From the NCBI RefSeq assembly GCF_001194135.2, contig NC_068982.1, forward strand, positions 27,837,841-27,901,840: a stretch of 64,000 bases of DNA. The letters are read 5' to 3'. The notes below the pieces were generated by a model that made no database searches, had not been told where the DNA came from, and saw only the letters and a program-made list of their open reading frames with translations. This document shows, piece after piece, positions 47,299 to 59,939 of the stretch (positions are counted from its first letter, which is position 1; each line of letters starts with the position of its first letter). Position numbers and translations under genes: made by a program. The DNA is from Octopus bimaculoides (taxonomy: Eukaryota).

Positions 47299-47530
47299 AT
47301 CATAGGTGCAAGAGTAGCTGTGTGGTAAGAAGCTTGCTTCCCAACCACATGGTTCCGGGTTCAGTCTCATTGCGTGTGGCACCTTGGGCAAGTGTCTTCT
47401 ACTACAGCTTCGGGCCCGAGGCTATAGTAGAAGACACTTGCCCAAGGTGCCACACACAATGAGACTGAACCCGGAACCATGTGGTTGGGAAGCAAGCTTC
47501 TTACCACACAGCTACTCTTGCACCTATGAT
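47299..47530. repeat. Near-perfect 232-bp palindrome made of two head-to-head SINE 5' halves
   Basis: 116-bp arms, no spacer, centre cggg|cccg at 47414/47415, three mismatches. Confidence 0.95.
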
Positions 47531-50500
47531 TATGTTGATTTTATTTTTCATCTCTCTCGGAGAAACTGATGTTATAAAACATAGAAATATCAAGTTAGTG
47601 CATTTAAAAAAATGTTTAACAATAATTAGCACAATTCAGTTGCATGATGTACAGTGTAGCACAACAGCAACAAGACAAGAAACTGACTGAAATTTGAAGT
47701 ATGGTAGCCTGGATATAGTGAAGATACATATGCAAAATATCTAAAGGTAGGGGGTTACTAGGCAGAATCAAAGTATTGGAGAGAATACCTCACTATATAT
47801 GTTCTGATTCTCACAGCTAAGTCCTGCTGAGGTTAATTTTGCCTTTCCTCATCTCAAAGGTCAATAAAAAGATAAAAAAAGTACCAGCCCAGGGTGCTGG
47901 ATTAGCAGAACTGTTAGAGAATTGTATAAGATGTCTTGCAATATCAGTTTTGGTTCTTTGCATTCTGACAGCAACACCTTAAATGAGGCAATTGGCATCA
48001 CTGGTGCCAAGCTATATCAGCCAAAGTTAGCATTCTTTACCCTGGATAATAATGGTGGAATGGAGCAGGGACAGGGGAAACTTGTTTGTAAGGGGAACTG
48101 CCAACATTCCTACATCTTGATCAGGCCTGCATGGTCAACCTTGACTGATTGTTCAACACACAACAATAAAACCCAAATTACTTCAGACAGTGCATGTATG
48201 ACCTAAAGAAATTAAAGCATGAATACACAAGCATATGGATCATGTTTATATCAAGAAATATGGTTTGTTAATGTGATGCATACTCAAGGTGGACAAAGTA
48301 AGAGTTCAAAATGAGGAAGAAGAAAATTAGGTAAGCATTAAGAAATGCGTTTGCTAGAAATAATGTTCAAGAGTATTAGGGTCAGACAATGCTTGTGGAT
48401 TTTGTGATACTGACTTGCATATAGCTTGATAAGATCAAATCTAAATCAATGAAAACCTCTGTTATTATCTAGAATCAAATGAAATTGTGGGTTGAAGAGT
48501 AGATTCACCAAGTGATGGCTCAATGAATGTCTATTGAGCCATAAGCTTTTGAATTATTGGACTGTCCCTCTTTCAAGAAGACAGTCCATCTTTCATGACA
48601 GGCAGATAGATATGATCACCCCACCCCCACCCCCACCAAATGTCTCATGAAAATGAAACTCCAGTTTGATATCAATGCAAATGAAATGAACTACACTTAT
48701 ATCTCAAGCTGGAATTATGCAGTTCTTGAATAACAGAAGGAGTTAAATGCATTGGGGTGATGTAATGTCATTGCTATGTCAATATTGGTGGCATTGCATG
48801 CATTTTACATGCTAAGATAGGTATCAGTTCAATGCCGGAGCTTAGATTTTCAGTTGAAAGGCCAGGCTCTAGCAGACTTCAACTTTACTTGGATAAATAC
48901 AGTGCAACAGGTGAATAACGATAAATACTCAGATAAATACAGCATAGCATGACACTAAATAATAGCAAAACATTAATTTTATCTTCAAAAAAGATTGATG
49001 TAAATAAATTTCTTTTCCTCAAAAAACAAAAACAAAAAAAAACACTCTACAAAATCCTGTATTACATAATTTTTGAAGTAGTGATGGTTTACATATGGTA
49101 CATCTACTAGAACACCACTATGAACAAAGCCAGGAAAAGACTTAGATGCATTCATTAGATATTCCTACAAGGTTTTTCTTTAGGTCAGACAATAAAAGGA
49201 AAAATAAAGTGAAGCAAACATAAGATGGTAATTCAAGTGAGCCGATAGGTTTGATTTTCAGCATACTGCCAATACTACTATTAACAAGGTGACATTACCT
49301 AACATTTTCAAAGTAATAAAATCAAAACAGTGAAATTTATCTGAATGATGTATTATTATGGAGACAAAAAAGAAAAACTAACATGACTAATGTGAATGCT
49401 GAACATAAGAGATAACCTAAAGCTGCCATCTTATCCCCATCAGACAAATACAAAGTATATATTTCTGCACAAGCTATTACACAAAAATCAATAAAGAACT
49501 TTCAAGTAGACTGTGCCAAAAGAAGGGGTTTTAAGTGAATGATAGGAAAAATAAGCATGCATAAAACTCATTAAATATTTATACTGTATCATCTTTTGCA
49601 AAAACACTTCAGGAATTTAAAAAGAAAATCTTAATGTAAATAGTAATTATCATTCATTGCCTTGTCATTAGAAAAAGAAAAGCTACTTGAATGATTTAGC
49701 TCTGTCGTTTAACAAAATTTATCAGACTTTAGAAATTTAATACAGGACTCCCTTGTGTTATAGAAGCTTGTTTAGGAAAACATGGAGTTTCATAATGCAA
49801 AATGTATTTCTGACTTCCAAAAACTTACTTTGATTTCAAACCAGAATGATTTCAAACTAGAATCAAACATTGTCTTTTCACGTTTCTCCTTAGATATTCT
49901 ATAAGAATAATTTAAAGGAGTTTGGAATCTTGAGATAAGGTGAATCGGAAGTAAAACTGCTATTCCTATTGCAATATGGCTTTCATCCTCTAAACTCATA
50001 CTAATACAGAATGAAGAGATAAGCACAATAGTTACCAAATATCTTTTGTTGTATATATAAGGAGACATTATGCTTCCTATTGTGTAAGGAAATTTCCAGA
50101 GCAGATGAGGAGAGAGTAATACAAGGAGTAAAGAACAAAGATGAGGCATGTGTGCGTTTTAGGGATTAAAAGAATAGTGATGGCTCAAAGTAGACAGGTG
50201 GGTGCAGGGGAGTACTATGTAGCAAGCAATTCTGTAGAGGAGAAACATAATTACTGCAGAGGAAGCAGAAAAATAACATAACTGGCCAATGACTGAATCA
50301 TTACACTATAACAGATTTCGAAGATGGTTATTTAACCTAGAATATCATTGAATAAAAGAAGTGTTGAGCTTTCCAGAATCAACTATTTTCCAAATGTTTC
50401 TTGGATCCAAAGAGAAAAAGCCTAGTTAATTCATGGCGAAAATACTTATCTGCAATTATCTCTCATGAAGGATTCAGTTTTAGCATTACCAAAATTATTT

Positions 50501-50892
50501 TCAAGAAACAAAACTTGCTTTTTGTATTTCAATAAAAGCCTTTTTTCTTTTGAACACTAGCATCCTAAGCTAAATTTAAAGATAGCCATCTACATAATTT
50601 ATAAATTTTATTGTAATTGTTCACTCAACTACTGAAACATGGGAGAGATAGAAATAGAGAGCTTTCTTTTAAACTGAGAGTTGTTCATAGGAAGCAAGTC
50701 TTCTTCCATGAAGTAAACATTTGTTTTATCAGATTTCCATTTGATAAAGTGTAGTACTGTAGCAAGTGGATGTTTGGTAGGATTAGCTAATATTAGCAAC
50801 TGAATGAAACAGCAAGTTTAAAGGTTGAGATGAAGGGGAGGTATATAGCAACAGCATAAGAGTGAATATAGTTGGTGGCATTTCACTGAAAG

Positions 50893-51122
50893 TTAACCCT
50901 TTAGCATTTAAACTGACCATATCAGGCCTAAATATTCTATTTGTTTTATGTTCAAACTGGCCAGATCTGGTCTCTCATCAATCTCTCTACAATGTCATTC
51001 TAAAAGTAAAACAACTATATAATCAAAATCTCAAAACAATGAAATAATGCATGATTAATTCAAAATGATGTGAATAAACAAGCATTACATTTAACAGAGT
51101 AATCTGAATGCTAAAGGGTTAA
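50893..51122 (+). mobile_element. TTAA piggyBac-like MITE (family A), best-preserved copy
   Basis: TTAA|ccctttagcatt ... aatgctaaaggg|TTAA. Confidence 0.93.
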
Positions 51123-53017
51123 TGATTAAGGAAAATTTTAAAGAACTTTGCAACTATCAGTAATGATAGGGTGTGTGATGGATAATACTCTTAGGAACGA
51201 GAGAAGTTTGTCAAGTATTAGATTTCAATTGGACATAATCGATTGTAAAAGATTTGGGATGGTGTGATTAAAACAATGCAGTTTGAAGCAGTTATTTTAC
51301 AGCTGGTCATATATAGTTGTAACAGAACTTGTTGACCAAGGTTAATAGTTGATTTGTATTGCAGTTAACACCAGCCAAGTCTACCCTTTTACAGAAGGCA
51401 TCTTTATATTTGGGAGGGAGGTGGGGGTTGATCAAAAATATATCTCACTGACATTCTTTAGAACAGATTTTTATCAGATTTGATATTAAGTGCAACAGTT
51501 TGTTCTTTTTTACATTATAGTTCTTAATCCTTTTTATAAATTTTGTAATGCTTTAGACCATCTGTTTCATGAAATAGGTAGTCAGTGGGTCTAAGATGTA
51601 ACATTAAATAGACAATGTACACAAGATGTGCCTAACTCACACTAATTCATCTGAATTCTCCATACTGAGGTTATCAATGTAAAATTATGGCTACTAATGT
51701 CTCAAGTTCTAATTGGAAATTCTTATGTCTACATTTAATTGGTATTAATATATATCTCATAAATACTTTCCAAGAACTGAGCAAATATTTTAAAAAACAA
51801 ATTTCGAAATCTTGAACAGAATTAGTTTTGTGACTAACTTATAGATTAACTACAATATAAAGTCCCTAAACCATAATAATGAAAATCACGTTATACTAAA
51901 AATGTAACACAAACATACATGAACAGAAGAGATAACTTTTAATACATATTGCTGCTACTAGCTATGTTGTATGTTAACTAATGCCAATAACGTGGCTTTA
52001 TTTTAAAGATTTTAATATAAAATTAGAAAAAAGTTTATACATATAAAAAAGCAAAATGAGCAAAGTCAGAGTAATAGCATAAAAATTTTGAACATATCTA
52101 TAAACATCTGAATACCATTATTTAAAAATCAATGAAACTACCAATATCCAACCAACCATATTATTTTCTGGTACATATATAATGAAAAAGTTGCTTTGAG
52201 CATACAATCATTTTTAAATACTTTGACAATCGACTAATGTGATAGTCTTTTCGAAACATTTTTACCACCAACTTTTCTGGTATATTATTATATTTTTGGA
52301 GCAAATATTACATTTACTAATGTCAACTATTTGCTGAACTCTATGTGTTACCTATGTCTGTATTATGTTTACAGGGTCAAAGAATAATGTACCGTTCAGT
52401 CACTGGCCAAGAATATAACTTTGGATAGGCAGAATTTAAAATTCTCTCTAAATGAGGAGTTTTTTTGTTATTTTATTATAATTCAACATAAGGTGGGATT
52501 TATATACTAAAAGAAAAACTATTCAGCTTAAAAATTCAGTTACAATGTTTTTAAGTTAACATACCAGGTTGAGAAAAAAGAAAACACTGACCACACTATT
52601 GTATTCTTTAAATACGAAAATCTTACTTCTAAGCAATAGTGAAGTGATTCATCTTTGCACTTTAGTGAATACAATAAATAATGATCTGTTAGTGACTAAG
52701 ATTTCTTCATCTCTGTTATTAAATTGAGTCAGAACTTTTAACTACAATTTAAATTGGTTAGCATCTATTTTCTTTTCTTTTTTTTTATAGCAGATTCTAA
52801 TCTATTTTGTAATTATTTATTTTTTAAATTACTGATGAGTATTGGAATTCACTTAGTAAAATATTCTAATTTCTTGTAATCCTTATTGCTGACTAATGCT
52901 AAATTAGTTGACATTAACTACTCCAACAGACTGGAGAGATGAATAGTTCATTAACTAATGATGTATCATTTGTTCTATACATATTCCAAAAGGTATTCAG
53001 GTTACCAGATAACCTTG

Positions 53018-53048
<31 letters not shown>

Positions 53049-53981
53049 CTTTACAATAAATTAACCAATTACTCAAAACACAAAAACATATCCTTGCATA
53101 CCAAATGATTAATGAAATACGTTATCATTTACTCAATAATTAAATCTGAATAACCTAAATAAAAGTATAGTATATGCAGTATAAAGAAATGCTTATATTT
53201 CCAAATTGGTATATATACAGAATTCACTGAGAAGATTCATTCTACCTCATTTCAGAGTTTCTATTAAGTAGTGTATCCTAGGCATTTTAAAATTCACTTT
53301 TTTTATTTAAATATATATATATATCAAATTAGTTGATGCTTTTGAAAATGTGATTCTTGAATTTAAGATAGTTGCTCAACATGATTTCACATGCCATTTA
53401 AATACAAAAATATAATTTCTTGTGTAAAAGAAATTAGGACTGCAGATAGATCAAATGATAGTGTACACAGCCAGGTTTTCAAATTGGTAAATTAAATTAA
53501 GAAGCTATTACTTTATTTAGAAATGGAAATACACATATTTTTAAAAAACTTTTCTATCGTTAAGCTACTGGAATAACCGAGTTCAGTTAGTGTGATCCTT
53601 GGTGACAAAAGGATTCCTTTTCTACACTGAAAGCCAATTATGTAAACAAACACTAGGATCTACATACAACTGAAGAAAGAGTAGACTCACAAACTTTAGA
53701 ATGCTCACTACACTTCCTTTGAAATCATTTAACAACCATGAATAAAAACCTAGTACCTAATCTGCCAGATTATAAAGACTGAGTCCCAATGGAAAGTAGT
53801 CATCAAAATATTCAAAGCTGAGTAGTTTCTCCTTTAAGAAAGTACCTCGCTTCCACTTTCATGTGCATAGTATTTAGTCATCAGTTTTCAATGTCTAACT
53901 GCTACACTAAGTAAACAAAATTTCCTACTGGTTATTTGTATCCTCTCCAATCCCTAAACCTTCCATTCACTTATATTAAAT

Positions 53982-54198
53982 TTAACCCTTTGGCATCTAA
54001 ACCAGTCATATCTAGCCAGAGTAGTCTATTTGTTTAATGTTCAAACTGACCAGATCTGGCCTCTAACACTTAGCAAAAAATGTCATTCTAAAAATATACA
54101 ATCACTTCATGGAAATCTTGAAGCTATAATATACGATTAATTCAAAACAATGAAAATAGAATACATTCAACAGAATAATCTGAATGCTAAAGGATTAA
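53982..54198 (+). mobile_element. TTAA piggyBac-like MITE (family A)
   Basis: TTAA|ccctttggcatc ... aatgctaaagga|TTAA; directly followed by a SINE head (about 54200-54360). Confidence 0.9.
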
Positions 54199-55954
54199 AA
54201 GCTATGGCTCTGCAGTTAAGAAACTTTGCAAGTACACAGTTTTAGGTTCCATCCTGTTGCATGACATCTCTGGTTAGTATCTTCTATAACCTCAGGCTGA
54301 CCATAGTTTTGCAAATGAAATTTCATTGACAGAAAGTGTTTGAAAAGCCATCAAAGGTGTGTGTTTCAACATTGAAAGGCATGAAATAACATGCCTTATT
54401 TAAAAATAGGAGGGGCTGGTGTCAGAGAGGACATTTGTCCATAGAATACTCAAGAAGTCTTATTCAACCCATAGTAGAATAGAAAAAAGTAGGAATATAA
54501 ACAAAGGTGCTTCATTATTTAAAAACAAACAAATTTATCAATTATAACAAACTTCAAAATGCTAACTAGCCACTAGTTTGATCTTAAAGGCAATCTAAGA
54601 CAGGAAATTTATCTCCAGAGAGTAATTAGCTCCTTTCGAAACCAAATAGGTGGTTATGAATTTATTTTGTGGAGGAAAATGGGAGTGGAAACCGATGTCA
54701 AAAGGTTTATCTTCAAATTGTACAATCAGATATTTTATACAAATGGGGAAACACAAACTCAAAGTGGTACACTGTTTTGTTCTTTGAGACAGAGGACAAG
54801 CTAACAGTGATATATTAGTCATGGCTGTAAGAAATAAATAAAAAAGATGACAAGAAAGAAGCTATCAGGAAAGTAGACCTACATATGTATAGAGGCAAAA
54901 AAAAAAAAAGATAAAAAATAAGGCTTCAGTAAGGAGTAGGATGTTTGCAACTGCTCTATGCCGTGATGTGTCATGTGAAGTGTTTTACATAAGACAGTGT
55001 GTCAATACAAAACATGTCATTGAAAGAGAAGTTTCAAATAACTCCAGCAAATTTGCCCTCTGTGGCCATGAAAAGAAAGGTGTGGAAATAGGTCAATGAG
55101 AAGTCGCTGATGAAAGAATATGGAAAAATTACAAGACTATAGTCAAGCCAACAGGAAGAACTGCTATAGGGATCTAACAAAAAAAAAAAAAAAGAAATTA
55201 AAATAAAAGTTGCTCTAGTATGTTCAGATATAAAGGTGTTAAAAGCATCTATGTCAGATGTTACATAAGATATTTGTTCTGGGAAGATTTTATTCCAATC
55301 ATTTGACTGGAATAAAGGCACAATCTCAGATACAAAGATAAAGATTGAGTTAGTTCTTCATGTACAAAATGTAGTTTGTCTATATGCTGTGTGCACAAGT
55401 ATGATGTCATATGGAAGAAGAAAAAAAACTCTCAGACACATATGTAGCAAAAAGTGTTTGAAATTAAATTGAAGATCTTGACAAGTTAGATTGTGTTTGA
55501 AAAAATAAGATGTCACTGGAGTAAAGCAGATAGAGAAATATTTTGCAGGCATCTAAGTCCAAATTAGATGGAAAATAGAACAATGATTTTACATCACGCT
55601 GTCCTCTAGTCTACAAAATGACACCATATTTATTACTAGATAAAATCAAATTTGGCAACAAATACAAAATTTCGTGTACTTCAAATATCTAAAGTCCAAA
55701 ATTACAAAGATATCAGACTGCATTCAGACAATGGTAAAAAATAAAATAATACAAGAATAACATCAAAAGTTAGAAATAGTTATAGAGTTGACGTATCTAA
55801 ATAGTTTCATTTATCATAAAATTTTAATTTCGTTTTTGTGAAACAGTATGCAGTTGTGAATTGTAAATTCTTTAATCACTCATTCTCTTACTACCAAAGT
55901 AGTAGCTGCTATCACAGCCTCTCTATCACTCGTGTTTGTTTCTCTTCCATTATT

Positions 55955-56372
55955 CACCACAACATCATTTAACATCTGTTGTCCATGCTGGCATGAGCTG
56001 GATGGTTTGATCAGGACTGTTAAGCTGAGGGGCTGCACCAGACTCCAGTCTGATTTGGCATGGTTTCTACAGCTGGATGCCCTTCCGAACACCAACCACA
56101 CAATGCCAGTTGTGTGACACCAGCATCAGCCACATTGCCTGCATGAGGCCCAACACTTGAAAAGGTGCTTATTATGTGCCGCTGGCACAGGTGCTAGTTA
56201 CATGACACCAGCATTGGCCACATTGCCTCCAAGAAGTCCTACATTTGAAAGGTGCTTCTTATGTGCTAGTCACATGACACTGGCATTGGCCATGATTACA
56301 ATTTCACCTGAATTGATAGGTCTTCTCAAGTACAGCATATCACCAAAGGTCTTGGTCACTAGTCATTGCCTT
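55955..56372 (-). mobile_element. RTE LINE 3' end with 3' UTR and tail
   Basis: Minus strand AMTSDQDLW, then internally repeated UTR, then the common tail (tggttggtgttcggaagggcatccagctgtagaaac..cagcatgg..gatgttaaatgatg). Confidence 0.8.
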
Positions 56373-56724
56373 CTTTTTCCAGCTCTTATACCAACCTCTT
56401 ACACCAATAAATCTTTTTCTCCCATTGTATTTTCACTTATCTCACCATCTCAAAGCTCAGTTTCTATCATCACCCTCTCTTCTACTCTAAGAATGAGCTA
56501 TTTAATCTTGCAAGGTACATGGTAACATCACTGGTATCAAAATAAAATGCACTTAATACACTGTAAAGTGGTTAATGTTAAGTCATCCAACCATAGAAAC
56601 TGTGCCAAAACTAAGATGCGTGAATGAGATATGGTTCTCCAACTAGTGCTGGATTGGGTCAAGATGACTTGTCCAACACATGCCAGCATGGAAAAAAACA
56701 GATGTGATGATGACAATGCATACT

Positions 56725-56935
56725 TTAACCCTTTTGATGCCAAACCACCTGAGACTACCCCAGCTTGCATGATAGCAACTTCCTGATTTGAAGTGAACTA
56801 AAACCCTTCCATCATGTTAATTTATGTTCTAAACATCTTAATAATGACAAAGTTATTCTACTGAAGTCTCCATCATTTTCAAACTTGAAACAAAGGCAGT
56901 GTATTTTAACAGAACTATGGAAGCATAAGGGTTAA
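56725..56935. mobile_element. TTAA piggyBac-like MITE (family B)
   Basis: TTAA|cccttttgatgcc ... gcataaggg|TTAA; interior unrelated to family A. Confidence 0.75.
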
Positions 56936-57489
56936 TATGAAATAGAGATAACAGAGTTGCAAAGTATAAGCTACAGTAAGCAAAAAAAAAAAAAAATGTG
57001 CAAAGGTGGATATTTTAGTAAGTTAGTACAAAGTGAAGTTTTCAAGAGGTGTAAAGCTTGCAATGCTCACAGCTCTTGTGGTAAGTTTTCTTTTGTCTAA
57101 TTCATTCTTATAATTTATAAAAGGTTAACAAATTGAAAGTGCTACATTTAGAAATTTTAGCAGCATGCAAAAATTACAATATCTTAATCCAAGAAGACAA
57201 AGTGTAACTCCAATATTACAGGTAAAAGGTTAAAACTAGCAGAATATGTGCATACATGTTTTTCTGGTTACAAACACAAATTATATACAAAGATATTTTT
57301 ATAAGAAAAAATATATTTAAAAAGGATCTTTGATTGCAGCCATTGATGGGTTTTGGTGAACAAATCAACCCCAGTGCTTAATGTTTTAAGTCTGGTATCT
57401 ATCAGTCTCTCTCGCTGAAACTACTAAATTATGGGGGGTATAAACAAATCAATAACAGTTATCAAGCAGCGAGGTGAACATATAGACAC

Positions 57490-57880
57490 ATGACATGGAA
57501 TGAGGTGGTGAAGCATGATTTTCAAATGTTAGGCCTAACGGAGGTGATGACAAGTGACTGAGACCTTTGGTGATATGCCGTGCTTGAGAAGACTTGCCAA
57601 GCCAAATTAAATCATAGTGGTGGCCGTTACCAGTGTCGTGTAAATGGCACTTGTGAAATCGTAATCATGGCTGTTGCCAGTGGCATGTAAATGGCACCCA
57701 TGCTAGTGGCATGTTAAAAGTACCCATTACACTTTGGGAGTGGTTGGCATTAGGAAGAGCATGCAGCCGTAGAAACCATGCCAAATCAGATTGGAATTTG
57801 GTGCAGCCCTCTGGATTACCAGTTCCAGTCAAACTGTCTAACCCATGCCAGCATGGAAAGTGGATATTAAATGATGATAT
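57490..57880 (+). mobile_element. RTE LINE 3' end with 3' UTR and tail
   Basis: TWNEVVKHDFQMLGLTEVMTSD*DLW*YAVLEKTCQ, then UTR repeats and a tail ending cccatgccagcatggaaagtggatattaaatgatgat. Confidence 0.85.
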
Positions 57881-57884
57881 GTAT

Positions 57885-58050
57885 ACAACAAGCTTCCACA
57901 CAGTTTCTGTCTACCAAATTCATTCACAAATTATTGGTAAGCCAGGGGCTATAGTAGAAGATACTTGCCCAAGGTGCTGCATAAGAGGAATTAACCCAAA
58001 ACCAGGTGGTTATAAAGTGAGCTTCTTAAGTACACACCCATGCCTGCGCT
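57885..58050 (-). mobile_element. tRNA-derived SINE head
   Basis: cagtttctgtctaccaaattc..ggggctatagtagaagatacttgcccaaggtgctgc. Confidence 0.8.
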
Positions 58051-58235
58051 GATAAACAGCTATGATTCAATCACAAAAAAAAGTAAAGTTACATTTCAAC
58101 AAATGATTTTTTACAGAATCCTGTAGCTAGTGATCAGAGAAAAACTAAAACTATGAAAGAAATTCAAATAAACTAAAGACATCTATGAAAAAGTTACAAC
58201 AGCTACAAGTTACATTCCTAACATAGATACAAATA

Positions 58236-58471
58236 TTAAATCCTTTAACATTTAATATGGCCATATCTGGCTGAAATATTCTACCTGATTTATATTCAAA
58301 CTGGTCGGATCTGGTTTCTCACACTTACCCTACAATGTCATTGTAAAAATAGCAATCACATCATTGAAATCTCAAAGCTACACGATAATGCATGACTAAT
58401 TCAAAACAATACAAATAAATAAGCATTACATTAGATGGAGTAGTCTGATAACCAGAATGCAAAAGGGTTAA
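58236..58471 (+). mobile_element. TTAA piggyBac-like MITE (family A)
   Basis: Body collinear with 50893; right end aatgcaaaaggg|TTAA. Confidence 0.85.
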
Positions 58472-59439
58472 ATTTTCATTGAATCTAAACTACTCAAAAA
58501 TCAACTCTGCCACTTGTACTCTTAGGTGGTCATTTTATAAATAGAGTATTTCTTTACTAAATCCCAATCTTGCAAATATTTCAAATAATTTTTTTTATCT
58601 AAAGAATTCCTTTTATCCAACAAGTTCTAAATTTCATTAACTTTACAATTTTAACTTATGTAATGCCACCTTAATTTTCCTTTCCACACATAGTCTAAAT
58701 GAGATTAAATAAGTCCTTTGTGATCTGTCTATGGATGACTAACTTTTTCAGAACCAATTTAAGCTACTTCACAAACCTTCATTGGTCTGGCTGGGTTTCA
58801 TTGAAACAGATCAATATTATTCCTTGGTATTAATATATATTCAATCAGTAGCAATTTTTAACCCAGCATTGTCCACTATTATCATATGTTGATTTCCAAT
58901 TCTACACTTGGCACATTCAACAAACTACAGTCAGTTTGTTACCATCTACACTCTTAATTAAGTATTATTGTTAGGTATTTGATATATTCATTAAACTACA
59001 TTAAAAAGAGAAAAGACAAAAGCACTAATAGAACTTCAAACTAACTTTTAATGCAATTTATTTCATGAGGATTACTCTCTTATTGCATTCTTTTATTCCT
59101 TTCCTTGTTTTAGTCAACTGGACAGCAGCCATGCTTCAGCAAGGTCTTAATACCCCATACTAATTTTTAAAATTAGTACTTTTACTTTCAACCTCCTTTT
59201 GTGAGACATAAGCTGACATTGGTTGTCCAAACAATGAGTGACTAAAACACATTTTATACACAAACTTTCCTCTCTATGTATTTCTGTTTACCACATTAAC
59301 TCACATGATACTGGTCAGTTCACGGCTATAATAGAAGACACTTGCTGAAGATGCTGAATCTGTAGCATGGTTGTGAAGCAAACTACTTAACCATACAGCC
59401 ATGCCTGCACCAAGACATGTATGAATAATCTGAAACAAT

Positions 59440-59850
59440 GTTGTTGTTTAGCTCCAATTCAGTCCTGATCCTGGATACATGATCAATAGTGCTTTAACCA
59501 AGACTATTCTCTCCTTTTGTTGGGCAATGTGAAACTAGGACTACATTATCCAATGTATTCCTTTTTCTACGACCAGATAATAATCAGGAAATTTGGCTAC
59601 TATGAGCTGGTTAAATGATCATGCAGAGGCTCCCATATAGGTTTATTCTGAGTTACTACAGTTGTTCAGTTAGCTCTGATTAAGCAAATGTGATTAATAG
59701 TATTCCAGCCATGATTATCTGGTCTTTTGCTATTTCTAGGACTACATTGTCCAATGTGTTGTTTCCTTCTTAAAACAGTAGCCTGTGACTAGTGATTTGA
59801 TTGCTATTTCTAACAAGTAACAGCACTGAGGCTATGTTGTTGGCTCATTT
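59440..59850 (-). mobile_element. Two tandem copies of another SINE tail family (also at about 23275, 24580 and 39240)
   Basis: ctaggactacatt.tccaatgt occurs at about 59536 and again at about 59737, with collinear flanks. Confidence 0.65.
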
Positions 59851-59939
59851 GAGTTACCGGTTATATTACTGATGGTTTCAGTCAAGTGTCAATATCTAAC
59901 ATCCACCTTTATCACTGACCGGGTGACATAATGAAAGAG

